DNA from: an uncultured Bdellovibrionales bacterium
Lineage (GTDB): Bacteria; Patescibacteriota; Minisyncoccia; Moranbacterales; DUUL01
Length of the DNA: 55,935 bases
Assembly (NCBI GenBank): GCA_964556685.1
Contig: CAZKWX010000005.1
Coordinates: 1-55,935 of the forward strand
Direction: 5' to 3'
The translations under genes and the position numbers were made by a program. Below are positions 1-8,989 of this stretch, in pieces (positions within the stretch are counted from its first letter, which is position 1; every line of letters starts with the position of its first letter). The notes below the pieces were generated by a model that saw nothing but the letters and a program-made list of their open reading frames with translations, had not been told where the DNA came from and did not search any database.

Positions 1-88
1 CTCGAATAAAAAAGCGGCCTTTCCGCTGTTTTTTTATCTATAGAGTTATCTCTAGAGATATCTCTATAGATGATTTTTTCTTTTATTC

Positions 89-117
89 TTGCCAAAAATG
101 TGGGATAATGATATAGT
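89..117 (+). promoter_or_regulatory. sigma70-type promoter for tRNA-Glu
   Basis: TTGCCA-17 bp-TATAGT with TG extension upstream of the tRNA. Confidence 0.55.
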
Positions 118-172
118 ATTCTTTGTAATTTAAACCATTTGGCCTGCCCTACGAAGCCTTTGGCGAAGTATG

Positions 173-244
173 GGCCCCATCGTCTAGTGGTTAGGACATC
201 AGGTTTTCATCCTGGAAACAGGGGTTCGATTCCCCTTGGGGCTA
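173..244 (+). tRNA. tRNA-Glu(TTC)
   Basis: Cloverleaf GGCCCCA...TGGGGCT-A, anticodon loop TT-TTC-AT, GGTTCGATTCC T-arm; CCA not encoded. Confidence 0.96.
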
Positions 245-297
245 CAGATTGCAAAAACATTATCGGTTCATCCGATGATGTTTTTGTATTTATGTAT

Positions 298-640
298 CAA
301 GGGGAATCGAACGGGTGCGAGAGTCTCGCAGAGCGAGACGGTGCGCAGCACCCCGGAACCGAGTCGGAGCGAGGTCGATTCCCCACCAATTCATCGCCAC
401 CCTGGACAAGGAGTCCCGAGAATTCGGGACGACGCGAAATTCCCTTTGGGGCTACAACCGAAAGAAGAACTACTCATTTTGAGTGGTTTTTCTTTTGGTT
501 TATATCCAGAGAATTGAACGGGTAACAACGAATCCCGCAATCACAGGATGAGTGCCAATGAATTCGAGCTAGCGAGGATTCGGCGCTACCCTGGACAACG
601 AATCTTTTCGAAGAAAAGATGAGGCGACATTCCCCTTGGA
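298..640. repeat. two tandem hairpin-rich units bounded by tRNA-Glu T-arm/3'-end copies
   Basis: CAAGGGGAATCGAAC (298-312) is the reverse complement of tRNA 224-238; ATTCCCTTTGGGGCTACA at 439-456 and ATTCCCCTTGG at 629-639; shared GAATYGAACGGGT and CGCYACCCTGGACAA. Confidence 0.7.
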
Positions 641-724
641 TCTAGAAAGAAAAAGCCCGCTGATCTTTTTACTAAAGATCGGGACTTTTAAAACAGCAAG
701 ACTGATTTAGACTGCTATTTATAA

Positions 725-1387
725 CTATTGTAGAGCAATCGGAACACAAGAAGGAAGTCTGAAAACCTTTCGGCGTGGTGGCGAACCCTTTAAATCATCA
801 ATGTATATCTCAGTCCAACCAATTCCATATGTATCAAAGGAATTTGAACCGTGATATACGTGATGACCAGTCACTAGAGCATCACCTTCCACCAGGTCAA
901 TTGGAAACTTGAAATGCTCATTACCAAAAAGAGCAACTGGAATCACGATTGGCACTTCGACCCAGCCTAATCTAAACAAATGAATTAGAATTGTTCGATT
1001 ATGCCCTTTGCGAGGATCTTCCGACACTCCTTCACCAGAAACCAGAATATCCTCTGCCTGGATTGCTCTTGGTTGAGCAAAGTATTCTGTTCGCAGCATT
1101 TGCCAATTCCATTTCCCGCTTTTGCCGAAATGCTGCTCCAAGCCATAGGGCTTTTTGTGGTTAGACAGGACGAGAACTGAACCCGGTTTTTCGAGTGGGA
1201 ACAGGTGCCCCCTTAGAACTTGCGTATGTAATTCCTGCTCACCTGGATTCAAAGCAGGGGATATTACACGCAACGTCTTACCTCCCTGATTAAGCCTCAA
1301 AAGTTCAAATTCTCTGTTTTTGTGCTCACCATCATTGCCACCAGAAACATCAATATACCAGATGTTTTTTGGATTATAAAAAGTCAT
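725..1387 (-). CDS. hypothetical protein (220 aa)
   Basis: Long ORF, AAGGAG SD upstream of ATG, no recognised motif. Confidence 0.7.
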   Translation of the reverse strand: MTFYNPKNIWYIDVSGGNDGEHKNREFELLRLNQGGKTLRVISPALNPGEQELHTQVLRGHLFPLEKPGSVLVLSNHKKPYGLEQHFGKSGKWNWQMLRTEYFAQPRAIQAEDILVSGEGVSEDPRKGHNRTILIHLFRLGWVEVPIVIPVALFGNEHFKFPIDLVEGDALVTGHHVYHGSNSFDTYGIGWTEIYIDDLKGSPPRRKVFRLPSCVPIALQ

Positions 1388-1639
1388 GTTTTTCTCCTTT
1401 GTTTAGAGTGGTTGACAATAAATGTTTCTTACTCAGGATATCCTATTTTTCAAAAAAACGGTCTTTGATTTAAGCACAATATCGTCAGTTTGGCAATGTG
1501 GAAAATTTTCTTGACAAGATTTTTCAGTTCTGTATGATTGGTAACGTTTTGAAAATTCGAGTGTGAAGGCTGTTTTTTATTCCTCCACATTCAACTCTGT
1601 GCTCATAGGAGCAAGAGAATAAACAATAAATCCCACTGA

Positions 1640-2452
1640 ATGAAACTTTCTGGGTCTGTCTTTTTAAGACTGACCGTAAGAATCTCTGGCTTTTCGGGGA
1701 AAGCTGTTTCAGCAAAAAACTTATCAAAAAAACAAATAGTTTTAGCGTTGGGGACCGCGATCACTTTGAGCGGCTTTTTTTATTCCTTTTTCCAGATGGT
1801 TCCTGTTGCTGGCATTTCAGACTCTGAATTTATCTCACCGGCTTTGGCTAAAGAAATTGAAGAGCAAAAACTAACCGACCAAGACTTCGCTGAGTTCATT
1901 TGCAATCAGTCGTTGGATGAGCTTTCCATCTCCAATCCTAATCTGGCGGTTTATAAGATTGAAAAGCTTTGTGGAGATTTTGAAACTATTGACAGCTTAA
2001 GTGACGAACCAAGCGAGCAAGAACTGCAACAAGAAAAACTTCGACAAGTCATTGCTGACATTCTTGAAGACACCTCCATGGAATCCATGATTGAACCAAT
2101 CAGTCAGCAGGAAAAAATCGTGGCGGCTTTTTTGGTGGGCATTGCTCTCAAGGAAAGTGGTCTGGGGAGACACGCTCCGGTGAAGTATGGTAGGGACTGT
2201 TTCAATTACTGGGGCTATAAAGGCGGCATCAATCCAACGGCTGGGGGCTACAGTTGTTTCAGCTCTCCCCAGCACGCTGTTGAGGTCGTGGGAAAGAGAA
2301 TTCATGAATTTTCCATCAACCAAAGTCGCAATACTCCAAGCAAAATGCTCGTCTGGAAATGTGGGTCTTCATGTTTTGGACATACAAAAAATGGGGTCCA
2401 AAAATGGGTCTCTGATGTGTCCATCTACTTCAATAAAATCAATAGGTCATAA
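1640..2452 (+). CDS. membrane-anchored lysozyme-like/glucosaminidase-like domain protein
   Basis: N-terminal TM helix; C-terminal FLVGIALKES...CFNYWGY...CFSSP motif resembling lysozyme-superfamily E-S motif; paralog of next gene. Confidence 0.6.
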   Translation: MKLSGSVFLRLTVRISGFSGKAVSAKNLSKKQIVLALGTAITLSGFFYSFFQMVPVAGISDSEFISPALAKEIEEQKLTDQDFAEFICNQSLDELSISNPNLAVYKIEKLCGDFETIDSLSDEPSEQELQQEKLRQVIADILEDTSMESMIEPISQQEKIVAAFLVGIALKESGLGRHAPVKYGRDCFNYWGYKGGINPTAGGYSCFSSPQHAVEVVGKRIHEFSINQSRNTPSKMLVWKCGSSCFGHTKNGVQKWVSDVSIYFNKINRS

Positions 2453-2594
2453 TTTGCTTTAGATAAAGTATATTTCAGGGGGTTATTGACACTTCCTGAG
2501 GTTCCCCTAAAATACTTAGTGTAGTCTATCTTTTGTGGAAGAGAAAAATTTGAGACCATTTTTTTCGGGGTGAAATTTTTCCATAAAACAAAAC

Positions 2595-3716
2595 ATGAAA
2601 ATAAAACGACAGCTTTATTGCTTAGTCGACAAAAACAACAAACCTGATTACAGATATCTTTTTGAGGATCCTCAAGATGCTTCTCGTAAGCTTCGTTATA
2701 TTAAGAATTCCACTCGAGGTGAAACTATATTTCTCTCCAAGGAAAAGAGGGATTTTTTTGTAGATGGAGTCAAAAGAGATTTTGTTAGTTCGGAAAAGAA
2801 GGTCCAAGTGCGTCGTGGCTGTTGGACATCTCTGAAAGTGAAAAAATTGTCCTTGATTGATGAAATTAAACCAGAAAAAACTACCTTCAAAAAAGTAGAG
2901 ACGGCTCAGGCTCATCAGTTGGACTTTTCCAAGCAGCGGGCTCACGGAGTTGAGTTTAGCAATCCAGATCTAAAACTGCCTTCGGTCATTCCTATTCCCA
3001 ATCCATTCTTGGGATTTGATTGGGAACAATCTTTCTTGAGAACCAAAACTTTCGCAGCGGTTTTTGCTACTCTCTGCTTAGTCACCATCACTTCAATTTT
3101 CTACATTCATAACCAGACTTCTGTCAAAGTTACCAACCAATTAGTCGAAGCTCAAATAGAAAGCACCGAAAAGACTGTGGCCAACCAAACCAAGGTGTTG
3201 GGAGCTAAAGATGAAAAACTGGCCAATCAATTCGATGAGGAGTTGGACAAGTTCGTTGTTGAAGCTCTACAGCAATTTGAAGGAATTAGAGCAGAAGAGC
3301 TTGAGCATGAGGTGAAAAAAATTGTTTCCGGCTCACCCATGGAACAGATGGCTCCGCTTATTGCCAAGCAAGACCGAACGGTGGCCGCTTTCTTGATTGG
3401 AATTGCCAAAAAAGAGAGCAACCTGGGACGGCGTGTGCCAGTGCTCAATGGCCAAGACTGCTTCAACTACTGGGGCTATCGAGCTGTTCGACAGCGCATG
3501 GGATCGGGAGGCCACACTTGCTTCAACAGTCCTGAAGATGCTATAGACACAGTGGCTGGCCGACTCAAAGACCTGGTTCAAGCCGATATCGACACACCCC
3601 AAGAAATGGTGCTTTGGAAATGCGGCTCAAATTGCTATAAGGATTCTGGAGCTTCAAAGTGGATTCGAGACGTGAATATGTTCTTTTCTGAAATAAACAA
3701 TAAAAACGAGGGATAA
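2595..3716 (+). CDS. membrane-anchored lysozyme-like domain protein (paralog of 1640..2452)
   Basis: TM helix ~aa153-172; FLIGIAKKES...CFNYWGY...CFNSP...WKCG shared with upstream gene. Confidence 0.6.
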   Translation: MKIKRQLYCLVDKNNKPDYRYLFEDPQDASRKLRYIKNSTRGETIFLSKEKRDFFVDGVKRDFVSSEKKVQVRRGCWTSLKVKKLSLIDEIKPEKTTFKKVETAQAHQLDFSKQRAHGVEFSNPDLKLPSVIPIPNPFLGFDWEQSFLRTKTFAAVFATLCLVTITSIFYIHNQTSVKVTNQLVEAQIESTEKTVANQTKVLGAKDEKLANQFDEELDKFVVEALQQFEGIRAEELEHEVKKIVSGSPMEQMAPLIAKQDRTVAAFLIGIAKKESNLGRRVPVLNGQDCFNYWGYRAVRQRMGSGGHTCFNSPEDAIDTVAGRLKDLVQADIDTPQEMVLWKCGSNCYKDSGASKWIRDVNMFFSEINNKNEG

Positions 3717-3806
3717 TTGTCCAGTTTCGGCTTTGTTTGCAGTTGTTTAACTATTGGCAAAGCCGAGACTTGTTAAAAATAGAAATAAATACAGAGCATC
3801 CCTTAA

Positions 3807-3842
3807 AGAAAACTTTCCCGCCTTGGCAGGAAAGTTTTCTTT
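3807..3842. terminator. bidirectional intrinsic terminator
   Basis: AAGAAAACTTTCC...GGAAAGTTTTCTT hairpin between convergent genes. Confidence 0.6.
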
Positions 3843-3924
3843 AATTAATAATTTAAGATATTAAAACTACCATTTAAATGGTAGTTTTAATGGTATATTT
3901 ATAGATCGTTGGTTTAAACATAGC

Positions 3925-4947
3925 TTATTCCCTCTTCGTCATCACCTTTTTTGCTACGTCCCACATTTCGTCTCTTTGTTTTACTTCCTTCAGCCAATAC
4001 CACCACTCTGATCCCCAGAGATAGCTTTCTTCAAAGCCGGTGGCCTGGGCATATTCGATAATCTCTTTGAACTTTTGCGGATTCATTGACTTGTATTGCT
4101 CTTCAACTGAAATGTGTGAAATCCAATCAGGCCCCCAGGGTTCAGCTTGAAGTTCAGAAATGATAATATTTTCTTGAGAGGCAAAGGTTTCAATCATCCA
4201 AGCTTTGATGCGGAAAAATCTGGGTCCGATGGGATATTTGATATAGCCATATGGTTCTTTGTAAATGATTCGATAGAGGGTGGTGCCAAAAATGTCTGCT
4301 CTTTTGGCTGCTTGATACCAAAGGCTCAATTCTCCACTGTCATTGACCATGATCGGCTTTGTGTCATTCAGCTTCTTTACCTGTTCAATCTCTCTGTCAA
4401 CCAATTCGCTATCGATTGCTCCTTCCGGACAGTTGCCAAACGGCAAAAAGGGCTCGTTTTCGACTTGCCAAATGATGATGTTTTCGTTGTGCTTATATCG
4501 ATTTACCAACTCTCCTTCATAGGCTATCAAAGATGCTTCTCTTCGTTTTTTGTCATTCATATAGAAAGCGGGAATGAAACATTCTGGCCAGCGAGGTGCC
4601 TTGATTCCAAAAGCCAAAACAATTTTTGTGTTGCGCTTGGTTGCTTCTTCGATCTGCCAATCCAAATCAGAAAAGTCATATTTCCCTTTTTCTTTTTCAA
4701 TTTCGGTCCAATAGGCGGCAATTCTGATTTTTTCTGGTTGCAATTCATCTAGAATTGTCTCATAGGTTTTTTTCCAATCCAATCCCAAGTCCCTGGCATA
4801 GACACTAGAAAAGGAAACGTGAAATGTCATGTCTTCGTTCTTATCCTTGACGGGCCAATTGAAAGCTAACAACAGCAAACCAACAATCATCAGAATGAAC
4901 AGGATGATTTTAAAAAGGATTTTGAAGATGAATTTAATTAGAGACAT
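3925..4947 (-). CDS. membrane-anchored clan GH-A glycoside hydrolase (beta-galactosidase/GH5/GH42-like)
   Basis: WQVENEP acid/base motif, SELQAEPW nucleophile region, YDFSDLDWQI; likely ATG start at 4947. Confidence 0.8.
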   Translation of the reverse strand: MSLIKFIFKILFKIILFILMIVGLLLLAFNWPVKDKNEDMTFHVSFSSVYARDLGLDWKKTYETILDELQPEKIRIAAYWTEIEKEKGKYDFSDLDWQIEEATKRNTKIVLAFGIKAPRWPECFIPAFYMNDKKRREASLIAYEGELVNRYKHNENIIIWQVENEPFLPFGNCPEGAIDSELVDREIEQVKKLNDTKPIMVNDSGELSLWYQAAKRADIFGTTLYRIIYKEPYGYIKYPIGPRFFRIKAWMIETFASQENIIISELQAEPWGPDWISHISVEEQYKSMNPQKFKEIIEYAQATGFEESYLWGSEWWYWLKEVKQRDEMWDVAKKVMTKRE

Positions 4948-5010
4948 GGATGGTATTTGTGATATATGATATATGATTTTAAATTTAATTAGCACAAACT
5001 CTTTGTCAAA

Positions 5011-5919
5011 CTAAATCATGACTAATATGATCCCGACTACTACTAATACGGCACCAATCGCTTTATAAAGGGTGTTTTTTCGCTCCAGATTCTCTTGGAA
5101 AGCTTCTTTGAAATAGAAACTTAGAATGATTGAGAGAATGAAAACGAAAAGGTATTGAACTGAAGAAAGTGCGTTGACAATGGCCACACTGCCAATGGCA
5201 ATACTATAGCTAATCATCACAGTCGCTACACCAGCCAAGGCTTTGACTATCATTGTCCAACCAAAATGTTTAGCATGTCTTTTGTTATCTCTTTTTTTGA
5301 GCAGATCAACGACCCTCTCACGATAGCTAGCAAACAGCAGCAGGAAGAGTGTCATGCCAACAATTCCAATGCGGGAATAAATATAGACACTAACGAAATT
5401 ATGTCCCGAAAATTGATCGAAGGAATATTTCATCAGCACCAGAGAAACTGCCATCAAAATTCCAGCCAAGGCCACTTTCTTCCAACCACGAAAAAATCTT
5501 CCTTTGTAATATTTGAATGAAATGAAAAAACCTCCCATGATCAAGAGCATGATTCCCCAGATGTCCTGGGTGGTGAACTCTTCTCCCAGAAAAAGCGCCG
5601 AAAGAATTAGCGTGGTTAAGGTCGAGGTGGCACCGACCAGCACAAAGACTCTCGAAGCTCCCCACTTTTTCAAGCACATGAACAAAAGAGCCAGGTAGCC
5701 GAAAAAAACCACTCCCGAAATCACTGCGATCCAAAAAATTCCATAGCCTGGCCAAGCCAATCCGAAAGGAGCCAGCACCCAAGCAAAAAGCGAAAGAATT
5801 CCAATATAGAAAAGGTAAAGCTTCCAGCTCTTCACTTTGCCAGAAATCAAAAACTTGTTGGCCACTGACTCAATGGCCAAGAGAAAATAGGCTAAAATTG
5901 ATACGCTTATCCACTCCAA
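5011..5919 (-). CDS. EamA/DMT family transporter
   Basis: 10 TM helices in two repeats, LFLGEEF motif. Confidence 0.8.
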   Translation of the reverse strand: MEWISVSILAYFLLAIESVANKFLISGKVKSWKLYLFYIGILSLFAWVLAPFGLAWPGYGIFWIAVISGVVFFGYLALLFMCLKKWGASRVFVLVGATSTLTTLILSALFLGEEFTTQDIWGIMLLIMGGFFISFKYYKGRFFRGWKKVALAGILMAVSLVLMKYSFDQFSGHNFVSVYIYSRIGIVGMTLFLLLFASYRERVVDLLKKRDNKRHAKHFGWTMIVKALAGVATVMISYSIAIGSVAIVNALSSVQYLFVFILSIILSFYFKEAFQENLERKNTLYKAIGAVLVVVGIILVMI

Positions 5920-6000
5920 ACTAGAAGAATTAAGATTTATGGTTTGTTTTTATTCGGGACATGATTGGCTTATTTCTTCTCTGCCAATGCCTTGGATCTT

Positions 6001-6055
6001 TCCCCTCCTTAGAAAGGAGGTGCTGAATTTACCTGAGGTGAATTCAGGGGTGGTT
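6001..6055. repeat. palindromic element, family A (CCCCTCCTT..AAGGAGG..GGGGTGGTT)
   Basis: Hairpin immediately downstream of DUF559 gene. Confidence 0.75.
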
Positions 6056-6058
6056 GAT

Positions 6059-6442
6059 TCATCCACTCCTCAATTTTTCTATTGTCATATATAAGTCGTC
6101 GACTACTCCCCCTAAATTAGTAACGACTTCACTGTTTGTATAACGCTTAATCTCTATACCCTGCTTTTTAATAAAATTCCCTCTTCTCTTGTCTCTTTCT
6201 TCGGCTGTCTCGTTTAAAAAATGACTATCCCCATCAATTTCAACGGCTAAATTCAACTCGGGACAATAAAAATCAACTATATAGTTTCCGATTCCGTGTT
6301 GTCTTCTAAATTTACAACCCGTTTGTTTTCCTTTCAATTTTGACCACAGAATAACTTCGGCTTTTGTCAAATTGTTCCTAAGTTTCTTTCTAATCTTTTT
6401 TTGTTTTTCAAGGTTGTGGATTCTTGGTTTATGTTTTATCAT
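6059..6442 (-). CDS. DUF559 / Vsr-like endonuclease domain protein
   Basis: LRNNLTKAEVILWSKL, KFRRQHGIGNYIVDFYCPELNLAVEIDGDSH, RDKRR motifs. Confidence 0.9.
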   Translation of the reverse strand: MIKHKPRIHNLEKQKKIRKKLRNNLTKAEVILWSKLKGKQTGCKFRRQHGIGNYIVDFYCPELNLAVEIDGDSHFLNETAEERDKRRGNFIKKQGIEIKRYTNSEVVTNLGGVVDDLYMTIEKLRSG

Positions 6443-6471
6443 TTTTTTAGTCTTCTTTCAGGAAACCTTTC

Positions 6472-6556
6472 AACCCCTCCTACGCCTCCCCTTTCTGAGG
6501 GGAGGATTTATTGTGTTGCTTTCCCCTCCTTGGAAAGGAGGGGCGAAGGGGTGGTT
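6472..6556. repeat. two palindromic elements, family A
   Basis: AACCCCTCC..CTCCCCTTTCTGAGGGGAG and TCCCCTCCTTGGAAAGGAGGGG..GGGGTGGTT upstream of DUF559 gene. Confidence 0.75.
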
Positions 6557-6567
6557 GATTTCGAATT

Positions 6568-7755
6568 TCAACTTTCTAAACCATTCTCTCTGATTATTTT
6601 CTGATAATAGTAGTAGCTTGGTCGTGGTTTACGTTCCATTGTTCGATAGTCCATTTCACAAAGACCAAATTTATAATCATATCCATGATGCCATTCAAAG
6701 TTGTCAATCAAAGACCAATGAAAATATCCATTGATCTGCGCTCCACCATCGATTGCTTTTTTTAGTGACCTTAGGTGATTTTCAATAAATTCTTTTCTAA
6801 AAGCATCTTTTTTATCAGCCAATCCGTTTTCTGAAATATAAACTGGTTTTTGGTAATCTTTCCAGGCCTTCATGACTATTTCATATAAGCCTCTGGGATA
6901 AATACCCCAATCTAAATCAGATATTTCTTCTCCCTCTCTAAAAGTCAATGCAAATGGTTTTTTAAGCTGAAAAGATATCCTGAAATAATAATCTATGCCA
7001 ATAAAATCCTGAAAATCATTTATGTCACTGAAAAAATTCCAAATGTACCATTTTTCTAGTCTCTTAGCTATTCGATTCAAAAACCCCTTGCCTTTAATTG
7101 ATTCATATATTAATGACAATTGAGTTATCCCCACGGGAACATCTTGATACTTTTTGATCGTCTCATAACATGCCTTATGGGCCGCGACCATATTTTTTCT
7201 TGCCCTTTTATATTTTATAAAACTTCTATATCCAGGAGGTCGATATTTTCTTATATACCCTGAAGTCAAATACATCTGAGGTTCGTTCATTGTGACTATC
7301 AAATCAATCTCTTCGCCTAGCTCCTTTGTCACCTTTTCACAATAACGCGCAAAAAACTCTACCGACTCTTTTTTGTGCCAACCATAGTTTTCACTAAACC
7401 ATTTTGGATTGGTCCAATGCCAAAGAGTCACCACTCGCTTCATATTTCTTCTTTTCAAATCTTGCAAAACTTTTCGATAGTGTTCAATCGCCTCAGATGA
7501 AAAATGGCCTTCGCTTGGTTCGATGCGAGACCATTCAAGAGACAAACGGAAAGCATTACAGCCAAGATTTTGGGCCAATTCATGATCAAGGGGATAGCGA
7601 TTCCAGCTGTCGCAGGCCCAGCCAGATTTATCTTTTGTTTTCCCCTGCTGTTCCCACTCCCACCAATCATTGTTTTTATTGTTGCCTTCCACTTGGTGAG
7701 AAGAATAGGCCACCCCCCAAAGAAACTTGTCTGGAAATTTAAGTAGTTTGGACAT
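6568..7755 (-). CDS. glycoside hydrolase family 1 (beta-glucosidase)
   Basis: FPDKFLWGVAYSSHQVEG, TMNEP, ISENG, WSLIDNFEW motifs. Confidence 0.93.
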   Translation of the reverse strand: MSKLLKFPDKFLWGVAYSSHQVEGNNKNNDWWEWEQQGKTKDKSGWACDSWNRYPLDHELAQNLGCNAFRLSLEWSRIEPSEGHFSSEAIEHYRKVLQDLKRRNMKRVVTLWHWTNPKWFSENYGWHKKESVEFFARYCEKVTKELGEEIDLIVTMNEPQMYLTSGYIRKYRPPGYRSFIKYKRARKNMVAAHKACYETIKKYQDVPVGITQLSLIYESIKGKGFLNRIAKRLEKWYIWNFFSDINDFQDFIGIDYYFRISFQLKKPFALTFREGEEISDLDWGIYPRGLYEIVMKAWKDYQKPVYISENGLADKKDAFRKEFIENHLRSLKKAIDGGAQINGYFHWSLIDNFEWHHGYDYKFGLCEMDYRTMERKPRPSYYYYQKIIRENGLES

Positions 7756-8308
7756 AAGCCAGAAGAATAATCAACGAAATTATAAAACCAATGAATTCAA
7801 CTATTGCTATTGGATGCCCCTTGAAATAGATATTTTTTACCCAATTGGGATCACCATGCTTCCTTACGCATCTTTTTTGTTCCTCGTCATCAAAAGAAAA
7901 AATTAATTTCCGCAATCCTTTTTTCCTTCTTCTAGAGTATAAATAAAAAAAGGCATAATTCTTTTTCGAAAAAGGGTAAAGCCATTTGATACCCCAACCA
8001 ATTCCGATGCTGTCGTGGATGAAATGAAAAAGAGAAGATAGAAAAAAAGCAACTGCCCAGACTGATCCAAAAAATATAAAAGTGATAAGTACTCCTAACG
8101 GCAAATACAGTAGAGGGTAATGGATAAAATTGCGATGTATGTGATCATATTTTGTATCCTCTCTTTTCGGATAGAAATACAAAAAATCAACATCAGGCAA
8201 AACTGCCACTAATACTGAAAAAATCAATAGTCCGATTGTTAAATCGACTGAGAAAATAATACAAGAAATTATTGCGGCTAAAATTCCTAGGCCAAAATCT
8301 AAAAACAT
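7739..8308 (-). CDS. inner-membrane metal-dependent hydrolase (YbcI/LexA-binding family)
   Basis: LPDVD, HRNFIHYP, HFIHD motifs with TM helices. Confidence 0.75.
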   Translation of the reverse strand: MFLDFGLGILAAIISCIIFSVDLTIGLLIFSVLVAVLPDVDFLYFYPKREDTKYDHIHRNFIHYPLLYLPLGVLITFIFFGSVWAVAFFLSSLFHFIHDSIGIGWGIKWLYPFSKKNYAFFYLYSRRRKKGLRKLIFSFDDEEQKRCVRKHGDPNWVKNIYFKGHPIAIVEFIGFIISLIILLAYVQTT

Positions 8309-8380
8309 CTTCTCGAATCAATTTATTATCTTAACTCTTCCTTTGTATCTTTTCACTTTTATATTTGATTTTTAATTTTG

Positions 8381-8893
8381 TTAAACTATAGCTTCAATGC
8401 TTCGTAATGCTTCCTCAAAAACACCCAGCACCCGCTTGGCTTCTTCAAGAGAAAGCTCGTAGTTTTCGTCTTGAACAATTTGATTTTTAACTTTATTGGC
8501 TTCTTTAATTCCTTCAAGATTATCCATGTGAGCTGGTAAAATGCTATCCAACTTTTCACCTAATGTGTCGCCGTCATAGCCGGCAACGTCAAGAATTCCA
8601 TTGAGCATGCTGGCAGCTTCCAAAATTGCCGCTTTCCACTTGTTGGGATCGTCTGATGCGGCCAGAGCTTTAATTCCGTCCCATCTTTTTTGAGCTTTTC
8701 CTCTGATTTGGGGTCGATCAAGACCAACTGTAAACACCAGCAAATATTTCAACTTTATAAACCGATAGACCAATAGGATCAACGCAGCCACCATTAAAAA
8801 CAAATAAAAGCCCATCAAAAATCTCAATCCCACGAAAATGTTAGATTGTTCAAGAGTGGCTATAATATTATCAAAAAATTCTAAAATTCCCAT
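8381..8893 (-). CDS. hypothetical membrane protein
   Basis: One TM helix plus helical domain; co-oriented with the operon. Confidence 0.7.
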   Translation of the reverse strand: MGILEFFDNIIATLEQSNIFVGLRFLMGFYLFLMVAALILLVYRFIKLKYLLVFTVGLDRPQIRGKAQKRWDGIKALAASDDPNKWKAAILEAASMLNGILDVAGYDGDTLGEKLDSILPAHMDNLEGIKEANKVKNQIVQDENYELSLEEAKRVLGVFEEALRSIEAIV

Positions 8894-8989
8894 TTTAGAG
8901 ACTGGTTAATAAATAAACCTTCTTTGCTCTATTTTACTATAGAGTTGTCTTTCTCACAATCTAGTTTTCGTTTATCTCCCGTTTTGTTT

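Noticed and set aside
139-525. 128-aa and 93-aa ORFs
   Set aside because: Overlap tRNA-Glu and hairpin repeats; spurious
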